Assembly (NCBI GenBank): GCA_023898565.1 | Contig: CP060228.1 | Location: 840,930-904,929, forward strand | Direction of reading: 5' to 3' | DNA length: 64,000 nt | Source: Candidatus Nomurabacteria bacterium | GTDB taxonomy: Bacteria > Patescibacteriota > Minisyncoccia > Phycocordibacterales > UBA918 | Shown: in pieces, positions 58,228-64,000 of the stretch | Layout of the letters: each line of letters starts with the position of its first letter | Numbering within the stretch: position 1 is the first letter of the stretch | Program-made: the position numbers and the translations under genes | Notes under the pieces: model-generated | What the model was told of the DNA's origin: nothing | Databases searched by the model: none | Seen by the model: the letters and a program-made list of their open reading frames with translations, nothing else

Positions 58228-58869
58228 TTACCGACCACTGTCAACAGAAGCAAGCCTGAGAGCAACATACTGTGCTAGGCGTGAAATAACATGCCCAACA
58301 ACAAATACAGCGGCCACACTTATGAGTAAGTCAGTTGCGCCGCGCTCAATATCGAGCAACTCTGTCATTCCTTGACTAAAAATCAAAACGAAACCAAACA
58401 AAGTGCCAATAAATAAAACATTAGCCAACACGTTGAAAAATAAGTATTTAGCAAAAGGTATTTGATGCTTCGCAACCACGTAGATGGTTAACACCAGCCG
58501 CATACCCACCATGAACTTAATGAACAACAGTAACACGTATGGATACTTGTCTGCCAGCGCAAAAAATGACTGTTTGGCTGGCTTTGTCTTCGTCAGCTCT
58601 CTCTTTTGAAACCAGTCCTTAAGCCATGACCAAGCCGTGAAGCGAGTAACGCCGTACCAAAATACATCTGCAGAAAGCGATCCCAGGAAAGTGAAAAAGA
58701 GCGCAACTGCAATATGTAGATGCCCCTGCAACGCCATCGTGATTGAGAGCAGACCACCAATTTCACCCATCGAAATAGTAGCCGCCCACACCATAAAAGC
58801 AGTCAGTATAGAGGCGTCAGTGAGGAAGAATGTTTCAAAATATATAAACAGATTCTCAAACATATTCAT
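58228..58869 (-). CDS. Polytopic membrane protein, DedA/VTT-like
   Basis: Six hydrophobic segments; LGSLSADVFWYGVTRF resembles the DedA G..lGD..wY.lGR block. Confidence 0.45.
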   Translation of the reverse strand: MNMFENLFIYFETFFLTDASILTAFMVWAATISMGEIGGLLSITMALQGHLHIAVALFFTFLGSLSADVFWYGVTRFTAWSWLKDWFQKRELTKTKPAKQSFFALADKYPYVLLLFIKFMVGMRLVLTIYVVAKHQIPFAKYLFFNVLANVLFIGTLFGFVLIFSQGMTELLDIERGATDLLISVAAVFVVGHVISRLAQYVALRLASVDSGR

Positions 58870-58938
58870 TGGATTCTAACATGAGAACACTATTCTGCTG
58901 ACGTAGCTAGACAGACACGCGGCCCAAAATATGCCGCT

Positions 58939-59499
58939 CTAGCTTTCTCGATACTCGATGGAAGTATACGGCCGCACTGCAAATCGAGGCCAAAGTATCG
59001 CTAGAAAATTTAGCAAAAAACCAACAATAAAAGGCAACTTGCCCCAAATATGAATCAGCTCCGAATATGGATACCGAGTGAGTCCTTGTTCATCTTGAGT
59101 TGAGAAAAATGACGTATCAAAACAGTAAAACGAATCTTCGTCATACCCCCACACGACTAACCAATGACCAAGGCCGCTTCTCGTGAAAATAATAGAACAC
59201 AAACCCTGATCAATTCTATCCTTCAGATAGGACACTTGCGAACTATTTTGGTGTGTTATCGACGCAGTCACACCAAGATCTTCGAGCGACTTCACCATAT
59301 CGTATGGCAACATGGCGCCAATTTCAAAGACGGTCATACTCACAGAAAATGGCTCGTGGTGAATGCGCGGAATTCGACCAAGCCGACACAGCAGCAACTC
59401 AATAGAGACAGGACCGCATGCTTGTCTTGATTTCACACTACTATCCCAGCCATCCGGAAGTGGTAATAATGTTCGATGTAGAGTATTTCTCATAAGCAA
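58939..59499 (-). CDS. Papain-like cysteine peptidase, C39-like domain, with a C-terminal TM helix
   Basis: Q...ACGPVSIELLL (Gln/Cys region), GHWLVVWGYDED (His/Asp region), and the C-terminal hydrophobic IVGFLLNFLAILW. Confidence 0.45.
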   Translation of the reverse strand: MLMRNTLHRTLLPLPDGWDSSVKSRQACGPVSIELLLCRLGRIPRIHHEPFSVSMTVFEIGAMLPYDMVKSLEDLGVTASITHQNSSQVSYLKDRIDQGLCSIIFTRSGLGHWLVVWGYDEDSFYCFDTSFFSTQDEQGLTRYPYSELIHIWGKLPFIVGFLLNFLAILWPRFAVRPYTSIEYRES

Positions 59500-59559
59500 C
59501 TCAGTTTACCAGAATTCAACAAGCCGCTCAAAATGGCAAAGCATCAGAACTTTTGACTC

Positions 59560-60756
59560 ATGGTACGATATACACATACCCACATCACCTTTGCACACAT
59601 GAGCGAAACTACAACTGCAATCAAAGAGCGTCAACGTTTAGAATTTCTCATAAAGCGCGTCTGGCCGACGTACCGACTTTTTGTAAAGCATCATCTAACT
59701 AAGCGCTGCACCAAATGTGCAATTTCAGAACGAGCTTCGGGCACTTTTAGTCCGGACGGTATCTGTCCGATTTGTCTACAAAAATCTTCTAAAACCACCA
59801 GTAATACCGTAGCAATTTCTGAGGAACAAGAGGCTGCTATGCACGCACAGATTGCAAATGCTTTATCTGGAGCACAGGGAACAGGAGGTTTTCTCTATGA
59901 TGCGCTTGTATTCTACAGTGGCGGCAAAGACAGTACCTACTTGCTGCATCGACTCAAGATTGACTATCCCAATCTGCGACTCTTGGCAATTACTGTCGAC
60001 AATGGATTTATGAGCCCCGTTGCAATGAGCAACATCAAACAAACCATTGCTCGCCTTGATGTAGAGTACATGATTCTTAAACCGCCAAGTACGTTGTACA
60101 AAAAACTTTTTGCTTACGCATTTACACACCCAAGTAAAATGGGTTCTGCAGAGTCAATTGATGTTTTAGATGGCGAATTACGATTTGATATTGGACGGCA
60201 CCTTGCGGCAAAACTGCATATCCCGCTCATTCTGATCGGCTTATCGCGTGACCAAATGTCCGTATATAACGGCAAACCACAATGCGAAAGCGACCGAGCA
60301 TTTGAAGAATCAAAACGAACAACAGTAAGTAACTACACGCTCACTGAATTGCCACTTTCGTCAGAGGAATCAAAATACTGGTGGGACGCGACCCGCTATG
60401 ACAATGGCGCCATTGCACGCGTACTCTTCCCACTAGCAGCTTGGAATAAAGACGAACAGTTTCTTTCCAACGAAGTGGTTGCACTCGGACTTATTTCCGA
60501 AGGGAAGCAAAGTCCATTGCTGACCAATCATTTACTCATCCCCCTCATGGCCCTGACTGATGTTGCACAACTTGGCTACGCGAGTTGGGAGCCTGAATTT
60601 GCACAAATGATTCGAGAAGGTAAAGCTGACCGAAAGTACTGGCAACATCTTTTTGAAATGGTTGAATACGCAGCGAAAACAGGCAGATTCATTGGCGCTT
60701 CTATCGACGACCTTCTCACTCAACTAAACCTACGTCGCGCTGACGTAGGCCTATAA
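59560..60756 (+). CDS. PP-loop ATP pyrophosphatase with an N-terminal C4 zinc ribbon (TtuA/NcsA-like or N-acetyl-sugar amidotransferase-like)
   Basis: CTKC...(16 aa)...CPIC, then LVFYSGGKDSTYLL (the SGGxDS P-loop); no Fe-S cluster Cys triad. Confidence 0.55.
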   Translation: MVRYTHTHITFAHMSETTTAIKERQRLEFLIKRVWPTYRLFVKHHLTKRCTKCAISERASGTFSPDGICPICLQKSSKTTSNTVAISEEQEAAMHAQIANALSGAQGTGGFLYDALVFYSGGKDSTYLLHRLKIDYPNLRLLAITVDNGFMSPVAMSNIKQTIARLDVEYMILKPPSTLYKKLFAYAFTHPSKMGSAESIDVLDGELRFDIGRHLAAKLHIPLILIGLSRDQMSVYNGKPQCESDRAFEESKRTTVSNYTLTELPLSSEESKYWWDATRYDNGAIARVLFPLAAWNKDEQFLSNEVVALGLISEGKQSPLLTNHLLIPLMALTDVAQLGYASWEPEFAQMIREGKADRKYWQHLFEMVEYAAKTGRFIGASIDDLLTQLNLRRADVGL

Positions 60757-60831
60757 AGACGGTGAGTTACACGCAGTTGTTCGGCCGTTCACATAGCCTT
60801 CGCCGCCAAAAATATTCTATAATGGAATCAT

Positions 60832-61305
60832 ATGGACCTTGGATACTTCTTGGACCTCACGTATGAATTTGCCTTCTTCTTGGGCGTCTTTACTTTTTTT
60901 ATAGCGTTTGCTGTTTTAAAAGGCAGGCAGGCAGTGATGAATGTAACCGCTGGACTTTACCTCGCGATTGTTGTCACGACATACTTCCCGAATTACAGCA
61001 CTATTTTCCCAGACGCCTCTAAGGCACTGCCAGAGATTGGCTTCTTTGCTTTCATTGCACTCTTAGCTACACTGCTTTTCTTCCGCATCATGCCGGAAGA
61101 GTTTCAAGAAAAACGTTTTGAAAGCATGGGGAAGAAACTACTCCTGTCGTTTGGTGCAACGGTGCTCACCATCGCCATTTGTTTCCAATTATTATCAGTA
61201 GGGGAGCTACTTAACGCCGACACACCACTTCAGTCACTCTTTGCCCCAAAAGAATTCTTCTTCTGGTGGCTCTTGGCGCCACTCGCAATCTTGTACGTCG
61301 TATAG
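60832..61305 (+). CDS. Integral membrane protein (5 TM), unknown
   Basis: Hydrophobicity pattern. Confidence 0.4.
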   Translation: MDLGYFLDLTYEFAFFLGVFTFFIAFAVLKGRQAVMNVTAGLYLAIVVTTYFPNYSTIFPDASKALPEIGFFAFIALLATLLFFRIMPEEFQEKRFESMGKKLLLSFGATVLTIAICFQLLSVGELLNADTPLQSLFAPKEFFFWWLLAPLAILYVV

Positions 61306-61349
61306 AAAAACGCAGCCGAAGCTGCGTTTAAGAAAGAGGAGGGACGAAT

Positions 61350-61742
61350 TCAGTCGCGATCCATCATGTCAATGATGGTGCCGTCATAGTCCTGCCAGTT
61401 CTCGCCAACCTCATGAATGAACTGACGTTCAATGAGAGAAGCAAACTGATGTTGCTTGTAGTACGGACAGAACGGATGGTCGCCGGGCTCTTCCGGCCAA
61501 TCGTCCTCGCGATTTTCATCAAACCATTGGTCAAACTTGTCGATGACCTCATCGGAAATACCTGCCAGCTTGCACAGATGACTCTCGATGAGCTCGTGCA
61601 AGCCGATGGCAAGCGACCAAGAGTCGTTGCCCATATCGGAGACGAGAATGGTCGTCTTACCACCCTCATCAGTCTGATAGTCACCAACAGTGTTGTATCG
61701 TTGATGTTCATGCGGAATGGTTTTGATTTTGATGTCCAGCAT
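61350..61742 (-). CDS. Hypothetical acidic protein (130 aa), His/Cys-containing; start at Met 61742 with a strong SD
   Basis: AAGGAGA 6 nt upstream of ATG 61742. Motifs HEHQRY, HELIESH and HPFCPYY are present but unassigned. Confidence 0.4.
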   Translation of the reverse strand: MLDIKIKTIPHEHQRYNTVGDYQTDEGGKTTILVSDMGNDSWSLAIGLHELIESHLCKLAGISDEVIDKFDQWFDENREDDWPEEPGDHPFCPYYKQHQFASLIERQFIHEVGENWQDYDGTIIDMMDRD

Positions 61743-61880
61743 CTGAATCTCCTTTAGGTATGGGGTCAAAAAACTGCTTACTTTATAACATAAATAAGCA
61801 GCAAAGTCAATTAACACGTATTTGTACACAGCTTGAACATTGACAAATCAATTGTTTGTTTTAAAATATACGCACCAAAA

Positions 61881-62288
61881 ATGACAACAGAAGATTCAAT
61901 ACAATTCGGGCTGCACTTCATGTTTGATGGATACGGAGCAGACCCAGACACACTCAAAGACAGTACCAAACTCACTGATATCTTGCGAACAATCCCTGCT
62001 AGCATGGGAATGCACGCCATATCAGAACCACTTGTTGTGGAAGTTGGCCCCAAAAACCGCAAGGACCCAGGGGGTGTCAGCGGTTTTGTGATGATTGCAG
62101 AAAGCCACATCAGTTTCCATACTTTTCCAAATCGTGGTTTTATTACCGCCGACGTCTACACGTGTCAAAACGAAATGGACACCGATAAGCTCACTAAGCT
62201 TTTCGTGGACAGTTTCAAGATTACTGATTTTGAAACCCATGTCTTGCCACGCGGTACCAGATACCCAGCTGAAGACATTTCTAAATAA
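61881..62288 (+). CDS. Pyruvoyl-dependent decarboxylase of the S-adenosylmethionine decarboxylase (SpeH/SpeD class 1) family
   Basis: GVSGFVMIAESHISFHTFP matches the proenzyme self-cleavage/pyruvoyl site (E|S) of AdoMetDC; DVYTC is conserved. Confidence 0.65.
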   Translation: MTTEDSIQFGLHFMFDGYGADPDTLKDSTKLTDILRTIPASMGMHAISEPLVVEVGPKNRKDPGGVSGFVMIAESHISFHTFPNRGFITADVYTCQNEMDTDKLTKLFVDSFKITDFETHVLPRGTRYPAEDISK

Positions 62289-62296
62289 TCCTCCCT

Positions 62297-63607
62297 ATGC
62301 GTGTACTCTTTATCTCAGGAGAACTTATCGGCTCAGCAGTCGTTCATCAACTCATTAAAGAGGGACACGAGGTTAAATTGTTTGTCGCACACAAAGACCG
62401 CCACGACTGTTTGCGGGGTTTTGCTGTGCGCACTGATAATTGGCACGACGAACTACCTTGGGTAGGAAAGGACGGTCTGATTGTGTTTGATGATGTTACC
62501 TTTGGTGACACTCCCGATAATCTGCGCGCCGAGGGATATAGTGTGTTTGGTGGCAGTAAAGCCAGTAGTGATATTGAGCTCGACCGTGAGCTGTTTCAAC
62601 GCATCATGGCAGATGCTGGTATTGCGACACTGCCATCTTTCGATTTCGACACCCCCGACGAAGCGATGACTTTCGTAAAAGAAAATCCAGGCGAATGGGT
62701 AATTAAACAAAACTCGCACATCAGCGCCCTCAACTATGTAGGACTCCGACAAGACGGGCAAGATATTCTCGATATGTTGCAATACTACAAAGACATGGGT
62801 ATTGCACCACTCCACCTCCAGAAGAAAGCGACCGGTATCGAAATCGGTGTAGCGCGGTATTTTAACGGCACCGACTGGGTTGGTCCGATTGAAATTAACA
62901 TGGAGCACAAGCCGCTGATGAATGAAAGCATCGGGCCGCTCACAGCTGAAATGGGTACGCTCATGTGGTATGAGACAGACGAGTCCCAGCCAATCTTCCA
63001 AGCGACACTCGCCAAACTAAAACCATACCTCACCGAGATAGGCTACAAGGGCGATATCGATGTCGGCTGTATTGTAAACGAGGACGGCGTCTGGCCACTT
63101 GAGACCACTACGCGCTTTGGCACCCCATCCACCGAACTCCAGTGTGAACTGCAGATTTCACCATGGGGCGACATGCTAAAAAGCATTGCTGACGGCGAAG
63201 CATACAACCTGCAGTATCACGATGAGTACGGGATTGTAGTATCAGTAACCGTACCACCGTTTCCATTTGCTCCAGACAACGCTTCAGGTGCAGGCATCCT
63301 TACTTCAAAAGGCATGTCCGTTTTCTTTGCTGATGATTTTACTGACGAAGACATGCAACACGTACACTTTGAAGAAGTATCAAAAACCACACTCAGTGAT
63401 GGTTCCACTCGCCATTTCCTTGGCGGACACCACGGCTACGCACTGTACGTAACCGGAAAGGGGAAGACGGTCGAAGAAGCGCGCACGAAAGCGTACGATA
63501 TTGTACGAAAAATCTTTATTCCGAAAATGATGTACCGCACTGATATCGGCTCCGCTTTTCTAACCCATGAGCAAACCACACTTCGTGAGTGGGGATGGAT
63601 TGCATAA
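62297..63607 (+). CDS. ATP-grasp ligase of the phosphoribosylamine--glycine ligase (PurD/GARS) family
   Basis: N-terminal MRVLFISGELIGSAVV, central RFGTPSTE (compare PurD CRFGDPE), and C-terminal KAYDIVRKIFIPKMMYRTDIG (compare PurD ...RKDIG). Confidence 0.6.
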   Translation: MRVLFISGELIGSAVVHQLIKEGHEVKLFVAHKDRHDCLRGFAVRTDNWHDELPWVGKDGLIVFDDVTFGDTPDNLRAEGYSVFGGSKASSDIELDRELFQRIMADAGIATLPSFDFDTPDEAMTFVKENPGEWVIKQNSHISALNYVGLRQDGQDILDMLQYYKDMGIAPLHLQKKATGIEIGVARYFNGTDWVGPIEINMEHKPLMNESIGPLTAEMGTLMWYETDESQPIFQATLAKLKPYLTEIGYKGDIDVGCIVNEDGVWPLETTTRFGTPSTELQCELQISPWGDMLKSIADGEAYNLQYHDEYGIVVSVTVPPFPFAPDNASGAGILTSKGMSVFFADDFTDEDMQHVHFEEVSKTTLSDGSTRHFLGGHHGYALYVTGKGKTVEEARTKAYDIVRKIFIPKMMYRTDIGSAFLTHEQTTLREWGWIA

Positions 63608-63636
63608 TTACTACCTAACACTGATACACTACACAC

Positions 63637-64000
63637 ATGACCTGGTTTCTCGTCGCCTTGATTGGCCCGATCTTGTACGCCATTACAAATCACATTGATA
63701 AGCACCTCCTCGAAAAGTATTTTAGCGTTAGTGGAGTAGGGACACTTCTCATCTTTTCATCACTTGCGTCGATTCTCGCGCTGCCGATTATCTTCTTTGC
63801 CGACCCGACTGTCCTCGATGTTGATCCGTTCAATATTTTCATTCTGTGTATTGTCGGCCTCCTCAACACAGCTCTGCTATGGTTTTACCTGATGGCGCTC
63901 GAAGAAGAGGAGGCATCAGTCACGATTGTGTTCTATCAGCTTGTGCCAGTCTTTGGCGCTGTCCTAGGCTATTTCTTGCTTGATGAGGTGCCAACCTTAA
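63637..64000 (+). CDS. DMT-superfamily (EamA-like) transporter, 5' portion (runs off the window)
   Basis: ATG 63637; TM-rich sequence ...YAITNHIDKHLLEKY...LLNTALLWFYLMALEE.. typical of the EamA repeat. Confidence 0.5.
   Translation, partial: MTWFLVALIGPILYAITNHIDKHLLEKYFSVSGVGTLLIFSSLASILALPIIFFADPTVLDVDPFNIFILCIVGLLNTALLWFYLMALEEEEASVTIVFYQLVPVFGAVLGYFLLDEVPTL

Noticed and set aside
61833-61880. Upstream start (MNIDKSIVCFKIYAPK) for the AdoMetDC-like gene
   Set aside because: Alignment with SpeH/SpeD N-termini places the conserved G-[RL]-H block 8 aa after Met 61881, so the 16-aa extension is unlikely.

Overview
This 64 kb window looks like a reduced-genome bacterium, about 47–50% GC, with many short proteins and compact operons. 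The gene content is consistent with a Patescibacteria/CPR-like lineage, but that is an inference from composition and gene repertoire only.

Housekeeping backbone:
- Start of window: uvrC (3' part), a short UDP-sugar dehydrogenase and ddl.
- Two tRNA-Ala genes (anticodons TGC and GGC, both with the G3:U70 pair), queA, a rhodanese and an L,D-transpeptidase.
- An AcrB-like RND pump with a large membrane-fusion adaptor, sppA and ychF.
- A long plus-strand run: leuS, mltG, mnmA and pepF.
- A minus-strand F-type ATP synthase operon (atpZ-like, B, E, F, A, G, D, C) with no delta-subunit gene.
- alaS, then infA-rpmJ-rpsM-rpsK-rpsD-rpoA-rplQ-rplM-rpsI, then grpE-dnaK-dnaJ.

Most notable observations:
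1. A complete Nudix hydrolase module is inserted inside leucyl-tRNA synthetase.
2. A terminal cluster (58.9–64 kb) encodes a C39-like Cys peptidase, a Zn-ribbon PP-loop ATPase, a pyruvoyl AdoMetDC-like decarboxylase, a PurD-like ATP-grasp ligase and a DMT exporter. This is a candidate undescribed small-molecule or modification pathway.
3. A nuclease-rich neighbourhood (31.2–35.1 kb) contains an ATP-cone–Mrr nuclease, a Cas4-like Fe-S nuclease, a standalone MGMT-like domain and an HD hydrolase.
4. Two self-contained mini-genes, each with its own ribosome-binding site and terminator, encode a 29-aa prepilin-leader-like peptide and a 49-aa hydrophobic peptide around a degenerate receiver-domain protein.
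5. A tRNA-Ala 3'-end duplication scar lies 150 bp downstream of the intact tRNA.
6. A 51-nt perfect GC-rich palindrome follows alaS.
7. An inverted-repeat operator candidate sits between grpE and dnaK.
8. A frameshifted lipase-like gene lies between two DedA genes.

Many strong intrinsic terminators were located by eye. No CRISPR array, rRNA or transposase was seen.
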